Assembly: GCF_000025505.1 (NCBI RefSeq)
Contig: NC_013849.1
Coordinates: 120,001-152,000 of the forward strand
Source of the DNA: Ferroglobus placidus DSM 10642
GTDB taxonomy: Archaea > Halobacteriota > Archaeoglobi > Archaeoglobales > Archaeoglobaceae
Length of the DNA stretch: 32,000 nt
Reading direction: 5' to 3'
A program made the translations under genes and the position numbers. Below are positions 8,429-15,989 of this stretch, in pieces. The first letter of the stretch is position 1; every line of letters begins with the position of its first letter. The notes under the pieces were generated by a model. The model did no database searches and was not told the origin of the DNA. It worked only from the letters and a program-made list of their open reading frames with translations.

Positions 8429-9090
8429 TGAGAGTTGTGCTTGTTGAATCCTCCCTCGAACTAATTCCGGAAAAAATCCAGAACCATCCGGCTGTAATTT
8501 CAGATTCGAGGAGGAGAAAAAAGAAGCCGAAGGAAATGATCTTAGACGACTCAAAGCATCACGCGGCAATGAAAAACTTGCCGAAGAGAGAAAAGAGAGG
8601 TCGTCCGGACATAGTACACAGCTGCCTCCTTTCTTTAATCGATTCCGCCGTAGAAAACCTCGAAATATACATTCATACGATAAACAACGAAGTAATCAGG
8701 GTTAACAGGGAGACGAGGATTCCGAGGAACTACAACAGATTCATAGGTCTTTTCGAGCAGCTTTACAAGGAGAAGAGAATTGAGGCGAATGGCAAAGTGC
8801 TGCTGGAGATCGTAGATGAAAGTCTTGAGAATATTCTGAGAGGAGAAGTCATCGTGATGAGGGAGGGGGAGAGCTTGGATAATTTTAAAAAAGCGTTGAA
8901 TTCGGAAGAAATTACCGTTTGCATCGGCGCTTTTCCTCACGGTGACTTCGAAAAAGAAACTTACGAGGTTTTCGGAAAAGTTGATGCGAAGTTCGCAGGT
9001 TTTGGAGAAGTTTCAAGGACGAGCCTTTACGTTGTCAATAGAGTTCTCGCTCTTTACGAGATCTCGAAAGGAATAATCGATTTTTGCTGA
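8425..9090 (+). CDS. nep1: Nep1/Emg1-type SSU rRNA pseudouridine methyltransferase (SPOUT fold)
   Basis: Supporting segments are MMRVVLVESSLELIP, RGRPDIVHSCLLSLIDS and TRIPRNYNRFIGL. I chose the start at 8425 (ATGA-type overlap with the upstream stop) rather than 8332, which would run inside the Lrp gene. Confidence 0.8.
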   Translation: MMRVVLVESSLELIPEKIQNHPAVISDSRRRKKKPKEMILDDSKHHAAMKNLPKREKRGRPDIVHSCLLSLIDSAVENLEIYIHTINNEVIRVNRETRIPRNYNRFIGLFEQLYKEKRIEANGKVLLEIVDESLENILRGEVIVMREGESLDNFKKALNSEEITVCIGAFPHGDFEKETYEVFGKVDAKFAGFGEVSRTSLYVVNRVLALYEISKGIIDFC

Positions 9091-9105
9091 GTAATCAGAA
9101 AAAAG

Positions 9106-9115
9106 AATTTATACT
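9106..9115 (+). promoter_or_regulatory. TATA-like box for the cupin gene (leaderless geometry)
   Basis: The element gaatttatac is centred about 25 nt upstream of the ATG at 9136. Confidence 0.35.
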
Positions 9116-9135
9116 ATTTTACACGATTTAATATT

Positions 9136-9462
9136 ATGATATACAAACTCATTAAAAGCTCGGAAGGGTCTCGCAGAGAGGTTGACGGGATAATGTATAC
9201 GACGAAAATCGAGACGGATATGATGCATGTCATCATGGCTGAACTTGAGCCTGGAGCGGAAACTGACGAATACGTTCACGAAGGGGAGGAATTCAGGATA
9301 GTTCTCGAAGGAGAAATCGAGTGCGAAGTTGAGGGGAGGATCTTCAGGCTTAAGGAAGGGGATGCGATCTGGCACCTTTCCGATAAGAAACACAGGATGA
9401 GAAACGTAGGAAGAGGAAAAGCGAGGTATCTGACTGTAAGAGCCTTCGCTAAGGTTAAATAG
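9136..9462 (+). CDS. Small cupin-domain protein
   Basis: It is 108 aa. The cupin motifs are HVHEGEEFRIVLEGE and GDAIWHLSDKKHRMRN. Confidence 0.7.
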   Translation: MIYKLIKSSEGSRREVDGIMYTTKIETDMMHVIMAELEPGAETDEYVHEGEEFRIVLEGEIECEVEGRIFRLKEGDAIWHLSDKKHRMRNVGRGKARYLTVRAFAKVK

Positions 9463-9485
9463 CAGTAACGAAGAGACTGCTGCGA

Positions 9486-10055
9486 ATGAAGAAAATAATC
9501 TACTGCGATACGTGTAAAGAGGAGACGGAGCACGTTCTCATTCGGGAGGATAAGAACTTGTACCAGTGCGAAGTTTGTAACAGCGTCGTTGAATACGTTC
9601 CAGAAAAAGAGATAGAGATAAGAGCGGTAATAAGCAAAGGAGGGGAATCGGAGGTAGGGAAGCTAAAAGCTAAAGAAGGAGAACTGCTGGAGAAGGGAGA
9701 GGAAGTCGTGATAGAAGTTGAGGACGGTTTTAGAGTGGGAGAAATTACCTCCCTCGAACTCGAAAACGGAAAGAGGAGCGAAGTTGCGAGAGCCGAAAAA
9801 GTTAAAACCATATGGCTTAGGGATGTTGGAGAGGTTTTCGTAAAGTTTTCGCTGCACAAAGGACCGGTCACGACTCCTTACATAATAAACTCTCCCGGAG
9901 AGACAGAATTCATGGTGGGAGAAGTTCTCAACATCGAAAAGGGGAGGTACAAGATAACGAGGATGAAACTTCTCGATGGGAGGTTGCTGAAAAAACCCGG
10001 GCAAAGAGCTAAAGCTAAGGAAATTAAGAGGATATATGCCATATACCTCGGATAA
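9486..10055 (+). CDS. Archaeal Zn-ribbon protein (N-terminal CxxC-x18-CxxC; COG1326-like), function unknown
   Basis: The N-terminal ribbon is CDTCKEETEHVLIREDKNLYQCEVC. It is followed by a beta-rich ~150-aa body. The last 20 nt overlap the next gene. Confidence 0.65.
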   Translation: MKKIIYCDTCKEETEHVLIREDKNLYQCEVCNSVVEYVPEKEIEIRAVISKGGESEVGKLKAKEGELLEKGEEVVIEVEDGFRVGEITSLELENGKRSEVARAEKVKTIWLRDVGEVFVKFSLHKGPVTTPYIINSPGETEFMVGEVLNIEKGRYKITRMKLLDGRLLKKPGQRAKAKEIKRIYAIYLG

Positions 10056-10995
10056 GCCCATAAGGCTCAGGGATTTCGTCAGAGTTGGCAATCTCTACTT
10101 CTCCGTTGTTGGATACAAAAATGCGGAGAGCGTAAAATCTCTTTTGAGGTACGCTCCCGATGAAAGTGGAGATAGGGAAAAGAACGGAGTGAAGTACAAA
10201 AAGTTGAGCTACGAAGAGGCGATAGACGTCGGAAAGAGGTGGTTCAGTGAAAGCGAGGGAATTTTTAGGGTTCCGAGAGAAGAGATAGACGAAGTTTTCA
10301 AGCCGGAGGAGAGGCTTGAGGAAGTTATGGACAGCGAGGTGAAAAAGGTCGTCGAATTTTTCGAGAGCATTCCGAAGGAAGAGATGGGAGTCACCGGAAG
10401 CAGGCTTATAGGATTGAAAAAGGAAGGCGAGAGCGATGTCGATTTTGTCGTCTACGGAAAATATTGGTTTATCGCAAGAGAAAAAATCAGAAGAGGTATC
10501 GAATCGGGAAAGCTCGACGAACCTGACGAGGAAACGTGGGAAAGAATTTACAGGAAGAGAAACCCTCCTCTAACCTACGAAGCGTTTTTAGCTCACGAGA
10601 GAAGAAAGTTTCATAGAGCCTTTATAGGATCTACTTACTTCGATTTACTTTACGTTAGAGGATACGACGAACTTGAAAAGGGTTTTCCGGAGAAAATCGG
10701 GAGAAAAGTTTCGTTTAAAAAGATAAGAGCTAAGGTGATTGAAGACGAATTCGCTTTCGATTATCCGTCGGTTTACTTCGTCGAGCACGAGGAAATCGAA
10801 GCTGTGGTTAGCTTTACCCACACCTTCGCCGGGCAAGCGTTTAAAGGAGAGATTTTAGAGGCTGCCGGGTGGGTTGAGGAGATAGACGGAAAAAATTACT
10901 TAATAGCTGGCTCTAAGAGAGAGGTTAAAGACGAATACGTCGTTTCGCTTACGTTAATGGAAAAAGAAAGAATTAAGGACTTTCTGATCTCTTAA
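10036..10995 (+). CDS. Predicted Pol-beta-superfamily nucleotidyltransferase (COG1665-like), function unknown
   Basis: The motif GVTGSRLIGLKKEGESDVDFVVYG fits the G-S-x(10-11)-D-x-D nucleotidyltransferase signature. The protein is 319 aa. The gene overlaps the upstream Zn-ribbon gene. Confidence 0.6.
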   Translation: MPYTSDKPIRLRDFVRVGNLYFSVVGYKNAESVKSLLRYAPDESGDREKNGVKYKKLSYEEAIDVGKRWFSESEGIFRVPREEIDEVFKPEERLEEVMDSEVKKVVEFFESIPKEEMGVTGSRLIGLKKEGESDVDFVVYGKYWFIAREKIRRGIESGKLDEPDEETWERIYRKRNPPLTYEAFLAHERRKFHRAFIGSTYFDLLYVRGYDELEKGFPEKIGRKVSFKKIRAKVIEDEFAFDYPSVYFVEHEEIEAVVSFTHTFAGQAFKGEILEAAGWVEEIDGKNYLIAGSKREVKDEYVVSLTLMEKERIKDFLIS

Positions 10996-12205
10996 CGAGG
11001 TATATCGTGGCTGCAACTCTGAAGATCGAGAGGAGCGTGAGAAAGATCAGCAGCTCTTTGAGGAATCCGAAGAGGCAGAATATCATCGTCGCAAAAATTC
11101 TTTCGTCCCTCTTCCCGGGAATTTTGTTGAGAATCTTTATTTCTTCGAAGGGGCTTCTTTTGAATTCCGCTTTGTATTTTTCGGTAGAGTAGCTCACCAT
11201 CGTTGTGGTGAATGCAGCAAGCATCCCCCAGAAAAATTCTCTAGAGACCGTAGCTATGGCTAAGATGAAGAGGAAGTCGACCACTCTATCGAAAATCGAA
11301 TCAATGTACCCTCCAAACTCGCTCTGCTTCATGGAAGCCCTCGCTATTTCTCCATCGATTCCGTCGAGTATCGAGCTTATCTGGTATACTACTCCTCCAA
11401 TAAGGGGATCGAAAAAAGCTATCAATGCCGAAAGAACGCCGACGAAAAAGGAGAGAATCGTCGCGGTCATAGGCTCTATTCTGTTCACGAGCTTGGAGCT
11501 AACCCAAGTGGAAACTTTCCTGTTGAAATGCCTCGAAACGAATCCGTCGCCGGTTTTCTTAACACTCTCCTTAACTATAAGCTTGTTAGCCACCTTCAGT
11601 TCCTCTTCCGTATCAACGTCCATCCAAAAAAGACCGTCCAGATAGCTTACGGGTATTCGGGAAGATTTCATAACTTCACATAAAGAGAGTTCTTCGGAGG
11701 TAGAATCTGTTAGAGATACGTCCTTCTTGCTCAAAATAAAAAATCCCGTGTCGACTCCGTCGAATTCCGTTAGATTTTTCCCGCAATCTACGAGATTCCC
11801 GTTCTCCACCTTTACCTTCGTGGCTTCTTTTACATCAACGTACTTCGGATTTCTGTCGACAACAAGTCCTTTCAACTTTACAGCCTTTTCAACGAACTCC
11901 TTGGAGTAAACGTGATCAGCCATTGTCAAAATGAATTCTCCATCAACGTGATTCAGAGCGAGAAGAAAAGAATATCCGTTGCCTTTTTCTGGATATTCGT
12001 TTCTGATAATCTTTTTTCTTACATCAAGCTTTTTCACGAAATCCTCTACCTCTTTCATGTGAACGACGAAAATGAACTCGTCAACGTAGCTTTTAAGCAG
12101 GTTGACAGTCCTTTTTATCATTTCGACTCCGCCAACTTTCAAAATTGGTTTTGGCTTTCCTTTCATTCTCGTAGCTTTACCGGCAGCCAGTACTATTGCC
12201 TTCAT
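10973..12205 (-). CDS. Bifunctional CTP:inositol-1-phosphate cytidylyltransferase / di-myo-inositol-phosphate-phosphate synthase (IPCT/DIPPS)
   Basis: The N-terminal sugar-nucleotidyltransferase motif is KAIVLAAGKATRM. The C-terminal membrane domain carries the CDP-alcohol phosphatidyltransferase motif DGIDGEIARASMKQSEFGGYIDSIFDRVVD. I placed the start at ATG 12205. GTG 12214 is the ORF-track start. Confidence 0.85.
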   Translation of the reverse strand: MKAIVLAAGKATRMKGKPKPILKVGGVEMIKRTVNLLKSYVDEFIFVVHMKEVEDFVKKLDVRKKIIRNEYPEKGNGYSFLLALNHVDGEFILTMADHVYSKEFVEKAVKLKGLVVDRNPKYVDVKEATKVKVENGNLVDCGKNLTEFDGVDTGFFILSKKDVSLTDSTSEELSLCEVMKSSRIPVSYLDGLFWMDVDTEEELKVANKLIVKESVKKTGDGFVSRHFNRKVSTWVSSKLVNRIEPMTATILSFFVGVLSALIAFFDPLIGGVVYQISSILDGIDGEIARASMKQSEFGGYIDSIFDRVVDFLFILAIATVSREFFWGMLAAFTTTMVSYSTEKYKAEFKRSPFEEIKILNKIPGKRDERIFATMIFCLFGFLKELLIFLTLLSIFRVAATIYLVKRSESP

Positions 12206-12229
12206 AAAAATCACTCAAAACTTTTAAAA

Positions 12230-12303
12230 TGGGGCCGCCGAGACTTGAACTCGGGTCTCCGCCCCCCCAAGACGGAAGGATAACCAGGCTACCCCACGGC
12301 CCC
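12230..12303 (-). tRNA. tRNA-Pro (anticodon GGG), no encoded CCA
   Basis: I folded the cloverleaf by hand. The acceptor is GGGGCCG/CGGCCCC and the D-arm is GGGT..TCCT. The anticodon stem is CCGTC/GGCGG with loop TTGGGGG. The T-arm is CCGAG-TTCAAGT-CTCGG and the discriminator is A. Confidence 0.9.
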
Positions 12304-12325
12304 CCATGATAAGGCAAGCGAAAGG

Positions 12326-12335
12326 ATATAAAAAT
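12326..12335 (-). promoter_or_regulatory. TATA box for tRNA-Pro
   Basis: The minus strand reads ATTTTTATAT, centred about 27 nt upstream of the tRNA 5' end at 12303. Confidence 0.45.
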
Positions 12336-12413
12336 TCTCCGCTGAGCGTTAGAGGATCTTCTGCAAAACTCTATCTTTAAAATTGGTTGTGATCGGGAAA
12401 AATTTTTATTACA

Positions 12414-13244
12414 TTGGGGCAAGAGTTCAAAAACGTGAAAATTAACCTAAATAAGCTTAAGGAATTCGTTTTAGCGAGGAAAAATCCAGACGGCGGATTC
12501 GCTTTTTGTAAACCGCTGCAATCCACTTTACCGGAGACATTTTATGCGATATTCATTTTAAAAACGATAGGAGAAAGGATTCCAGAGGAAGGCAAAATCG
12601 TGAAGTTCCTCAAAAGGAGTATCAGAGATGACGCCTATTCGATTTACTGGACGTACAAATCGCTAAGTCTTCTCGAAAAAGAACTGCCGGACAGAAGCGA
12701 CTTTATTCTTGAAAAACTGAAAGAAGCGATAAAAGCTAAAAGATCCGGGGAAATTAGGGCTGGAGGAATTACTGCCACATATTCTTTCGCAATGCCCAAC
12801 GTTCTCAGGGAAGTGTTCATGCTTTCGGAGGCGCTTAGGCTATTGGGGATGGAAGTTCCAAAATTCGTCAGTAGCTTTGTCAAAAACTTCGAAAAAAACG
12901 GTGGTTTTGGATTAAAAAGACCGAATTTAGAAGAGACGTACTACTGCCTATCTGTTCTTGGCTTCGGAAACAAAAGAAATTTGGAGTTCATTCTGAAACA
13001 CGAAAATTCCGAGGGATTCGTCAAGTTTCCGCAAAGTTATCCGCCGTATGTTGAGGATACTTTTTACGCCCTATCTTGCCTCAAAATCTTGGGATACAAG
13101 TACAAAAATCGTAAAATTGTAGATTGGATAGCAATATTGCAAAACGCCGACGGTGGTTTCAGGAGAAGCACTTACGGGGGAATATCTACCCTCGAGAACT
13201 CCTTCTACGCCGTAGCCAGCTTAAAACTCTTGGAAGAGTTATGA
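12414..13244 (+). CDS. Prenyltransferase/squalene-oxidase-repeat (alpha/alpha-toroid) protein, function unknown
   Basis: Four repeats of the type KNPDGGFAF, KNGGFGL, ENSEGFVKF and QNADGGFRR are each followed by TFYAL-like helices. The start is uncertain: TTG 12414 or GTG 12435. Confidence 0.6.
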   Translation: MGQEFKNVKINLNKLKEFVLARKNPDGGFAFCKPLQSTLPETFYAIFILKTIGERIPEEGKIVKFLKRSIRDDAYSIYWTYKSLSLLEKELPDRSDFILEKLKEAIKAKRSGEIRAGGITATYSFAMPNVLREVFMLSEALRLLGMEVPKFVSSFVKNFEKNGGFGLKRPNLEETYYCLSVLGFGNKRNLEFILKHENSEGFVKFPQSYPPYVEDTFYALSCLKILGYKYKNRKIVDWIAILQNADGGFRRSTYGGISTLENSFYAVASLKLLEEL

Positions 13245-13633
13245 CCTCCTACTTTTGCCCTCGCTGCTGGAGTGAATTCAAAGAGGATTTCGAGTTTTGT
13301 CCGGTTTGCGGTTACGACCTAAAAAACTTCGACAAATTGTCGTACGAAGAGAAGCTGATAGTGGCTTTGAAACATCCAGTAAGTGATTATAAAATAAATG
13401 CGATAAGATTGCTCGCTAAATTAAGATCGGAAAAAGCTGTATTCGAATTCGAAAGAATGATCGAAGAAGAGGATACGATAATCGTTCTCGAAATTATTGA
13501 AGCTCTTTCAAAAATACCGACGGAAAAAAGCTTGGAACTTCTGAAAAGGTTGGCGAAAAGTAATTCCAAAGTTATTTCAAAGAGAGCTAAAGAAATTTTG
13601 AAGGCTTTTGATGCTGAGCGAAGTAAAGTTTAA
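13241..13633 (+). CDS. Zn-ribbon plus HEAT (PBS-lyase-like) repeat protein
   Basis: The N-terminus is CPRCWSEFKEDFEFCPVC. It is followed by HEAT-like repeats (AIRLLAKLRSEKAV, IIEALSKIPTEKSLELLKRLA). ATG 13241 gives an ATGA overlap with the upstream stop. The ORF-track start at 13124 lies inside the previous gene. Confidence 0.65.
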   Translation: MTSYFCPRCWSEFKEDFEFCPVCGYDLKNFDKLSYEEKLIVALKHPVSDYKINAIRLLAKLRSEKAVFEFERMIEEEDTIIVLEIIEALSKIPTEKSLELLKRLAKSNSKVISKRAKEILKAFDAERSKV

Positions 13634-13657
13634 ATCACCCTCTTAAGATTTTCTGCC

Positions 13658-14905
13658 ATGAGAAAATTCCTGCCGCTAATGCTCCTCCTGCTCATCGGAG
13701 TTGCTTTAGCAGCGGAGCAAATTACGAGTGAAAACTTTTCCGAGCCAATTATCGAGCCGAAGCTGAAAGATTTCTACCTTCCGGGAGATGAGGTGAGTTT
13801 CAACCTCACAATTCAGCCAAAAACGGACGATGACGCGAAAAAGATAGACGGGAGATATTACGAGTTCAACACCTCCCTCGATAATCCGGAGATTACCGTC
13901 AAAGTCGTTTACGGCGGGACAGGAGCGATAAGGTACTTTAGCGGTAAAGATTACGTTAAAGCTGACGTCAAAGACTGGGAGGATGGAGTGGTGGAAATAA
14001 AAGTCGAAGTTTTTGGAAAAGTTCCGGCGGTTGAGGAGAGGATCGCGGAGATATACGCTCTTTACATAGACATTCAAGATGCCGAGGAAAATGCGGTAGA
14101 GCCGGTTAAGATAAAAGTCGTTAACGTTCAGGCTTTTGAGAGCTTTATAAACGAGCTTAAGAGCAAATTGAATTCTCTTAAAGCTAAGGCTAATGAACTT
14201 GAAGAAAAAGGCGTTTACGTTGTTTCAGCTAAGGAGAAGCTGAAGGATGCTGAAAATTACTTGAGCGACGGTGAAAACTACTTCAAAAATGACGAGTACA
14301 TCCAAGCTAACGAAAGCCTTGCAAAAGCTGAAAGCTACAGCTTGGAAGCGGAAAAACTTCTGATAAAATCTGAACTTGAATTCAAGAAGAGCAGGTTGGA
14401 AGAGAAACTTGGGGATTTCCTGTACAAAATGGACGAAGCCGACGTTATTATAACCAAGCTGAAGGGAGAGGGGGTTTCAACTTTAAACTACGAGATCAGG
14501 CTTGAGGACTTCAAAAGGGCTTATTCGGAATTAAATCAGAAACTTACAGCTGCCGGGGATTACATAGACAAGGAACTTTTCGACGAAGCTGAGAGAGTTC
14601 TGGAGGAGGTCGAAAAAACGCTTAACGAAAAGCTGAGCGAACTTGACGAGATGATTGCAGAAATGCAGGGGCTAATTAAAGAAGAAACACCCACTCCTAC
14701 TCCAACACTAACTCCCGAAAAGAAAGAGAGTCCGTTTAAACCGATCGGCGAAGCTTTCAACAAGCTTTCCTCTTACGTAAGCGAGAACAGAGATACAATC
14801 CTGCTGTACTTAGGAGGAGGTGTAGCGGTGGCTGTAATTGCCGTTGTAGGGTACAAGGGTCTGAAGGGATACATGAGAAGAAGGAGGTTCGACGAGCTAA
14901 AGTGA
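13658..14905 (+). CDS. Secreted, C-terminally membrane-anchored surface protein with a coiled-coil stalk and a Thr/Pro linker
   Basis: The Sec signal is MRKFLPLMLLLLIGVALA-AEQ. It is followed by a beta-rich N-domain and a long heptad-like K/E/L region. The linker TPTPTPTLTP is at 14687-14716. The C-terminal TM segment is ILLYLGGGVAVAVIAVVGY, followed by RRRR. Confidence 0.7.
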   Translation: MRKFLPLMLLLLIGVALAAEQITSENFSEPIIEPKLKDFYLPGDEVSFNLTIQPKTDDDAKKIDGRYYEFNTSLDNPEITVKVVYGGTGAIRYFSGKDYVKADVKDWEDGVVEIKVEVFGKVPAVEERIAEIYALYIDIQDAEENAVEPVKIKVVNVQAFESFINELKSKLNSLKAKANELEEKGVYVVSAKEKLKDAENYLSDGENYFKNDEYIQANESLAKAESYSLEAEKLLIKSELEFKKSRLEEKLGDFLYKMDEADVIITKLKGEGVSTLNYEIRLEDFKRAYSELNQKLTAAGDYIDKELFDEAERVLEEVEKTLNEKLSELDEMIAEMQGLIKEETPTPTPTLTPEKKESPFKPIGEAFNKLSSYVSENRDTILLYLGGGVAVAVIAVVGYKGLKGYMRRRRFDELK

Positions 14906-15481
14906 CTTCTCGTACATTTTTAGGAGAAACCTGTTTATTTCGTAAATCGGAAAACCGATAAGCTTTGCAAGTTTGCTTAAACTTCTCCCGCATCCGGCGA
15001 ACGGGCTTATTACTCCAGCTCCTTTCAATTCAGCTATTACGGCTCCGGGCTCCTTTCCGTACTTCAGCGAAATCTCTGTTAGAGCTTCGCCTGTGATGAA
15101 GCTGTACTTTCTCCTCTCGAAAACTTCCTCAACTATTTTAACGAAAACCTTCGGGTCTTTTTCGCCGATGAGCGAGAAGTACTTTTCCACAGCTTCTCTC
15201 CAGCCGCAAAATTCGGAAAAGATTATTCTGATAACGTAGGGAATTTCGAGGTCTTCAACAGCTAAAAACCTCGAACCCCACGACAAACTATCTTTCTCAG
15301 ATTTTATCGGGAAAGCAAGCTTTTCCGATTCGAAAAGTATCACAAGCTCCTCATCGAGCTCTTCTTTAGGAATAACTCCTTCTTTCGAGTACTTTATCAG
15401 CAGTTCAACCGCTCTTTCAGCCTCTTTATCTCCACCGAGTAAAGAGATTAATCCATTTTTATTAACGCTCCGTAGGGACAT
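14897..15481 (-). CDS. Hypothetical protein (~194 aa), last gene of the redox/radical-SAM operon
   Basis: The ORF has coding-like composition and I recognise no motif. The start is uncertain: in-frame Met codons occur at 15481, 15493, 15502 and 15511. Every option overlaps the 3' end of the upstream ferredoxin gene by at least 34 nt. Confidence 0.6.
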   Translation of the reverse strand: MSLRSVNKNGLISLLGGDKEAERAVELLIKYSKEGVIPKEELDEELVILFESEKLAFPIKSEKDSLSWGSRFLAVEDLEIPYVIRIIFSEFCGWREAVEKYFSLIGEKDPKVFVKIVEEVFERRKYSFITGEALTEISLKYGKEPGAVIAELKGAGVISPFAGCGRSLSKLAKLIGFPIYEINRFLLKMYEKSL

Positions 15482-15621
15482 ACCTCCACACATTTGTAAC
15501 ATTTGAGGCACTTACTTTCGTCAATTCTAACAACCTTACCTCCCTCTCTCACGATGGCATCGGTCGGACAAACTTGGCTGCACTTTCCGCATCCCTGACA
15601 GCTCAACACAGCTATACTCAT
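15448..15621 (-). CDS. 2x[4Fe-4S] ferredoxin, 57 aa (absent from the ORF track because it is under 60 aa)
   Basis: My hand translation is MSIAVLSCQGCGKCSQVCPTDAIVREGGKVVRIDESKCLKCYKCVEVCPYGALIKMD. It contains two CxxCxxCxxxCP motifs. The ATG at 15621 forms an ATGA overlap with the upstream stop, and the stop is TAA at 15448-15450. Confidence 0.8.
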   Translation of the reverse strand: MSIAVLSCQGCGKCSQVCPTDAIVREGGKVVRIDESKCLKCYKCVEVCPYGALIKMD

Positions 15622-15989
15622 CTCGCACCACCGTATTTTCTTTCGAACTCCTCTATAGCTTCCACCATTTTCCTATTCCATGCCGAAAGCAACTTTCTCA
15701 TCTCTTCGGCAACCTCTCTTGCTGGAAGCGCTTTGTAAACGTAGAAGTATCCTCCTCCTTCAATTATCTTCTTCTCCCTGATGACTATTCCAGCGAGCAT
15801 TAGCTTTTGAAGAGACCTGTAAACGGAGTTTTCCGCTTTTTTCAGAACTCTGCTTATCTCGTCGATTTTCATTTCTCCCGAAGAGAGCAGAAGGAAATAA
15901 AGAGAGACGTCGCTCTGATTCAATCCGAAAAAGCATTCGAGGATGTTATCACAGTTCAGTCTCGATATAGCCTCCTTAATCGACTTCAA
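15618..15989 (-). CDS. Small TrmB/MarR-like winged-helix transcriptional regulator (paralog of 20809-21195)
   Basis: The recognition-helix region is IDEISRVLKKAENSVYRSLQKLMLAGIVIRE, followed by the wing GGGYFYVYKA. The start is TTG 15989, which overlaps the radical SAM gene by 14 nt. Confidence 0.7.
   Translation of the reverse strand: MKSIKEAISRLNCDNILECFFGLNQSDVSLYFLLLSSGEMKIDEISRVLKKAENSVYRSLQKLMLAGIVIREKKIIEGGGYFYVYKALPAREVAEEMRKLLSAWNRKMVEAIEEFERKYGGAR

Noticed and set aside
8039-8569. A 176-aa minus-strand ORF across the Lrp/nep1 junction
   Set aside because: It is antisense to two well-supported genes and has no recognisable domain.
10036-10995. Assignment as tRNA(Ile2) agmatidine synthetase TiaS
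   Set aside because: The length (319 aa versus about 420 aa) and the N-terminal sequence do not resemble TiaS as I recall it. Only a generic nucleotidyltransferase signature is supported.
11205-11645. A 146-aa plus-strand ORF antisense to IPCT/DIPPS (plus 11007-11192, 11727-11909, 11912-12283)
   Set aside because: These are shadow ORFs. The last one also runs through tRNA-Pro.
13124-13240. An upstream extension of the Zn-ribbon/HEAT ORF (also 8332-8424 for nep1 and 2051-2095 for the ferredoxin)
   Set aside because: The extensions lie inside the preceding gene or the promoter. The internal ATGs give canonical ATGA coupling or leaderless geometry, and family-typical N-termini.
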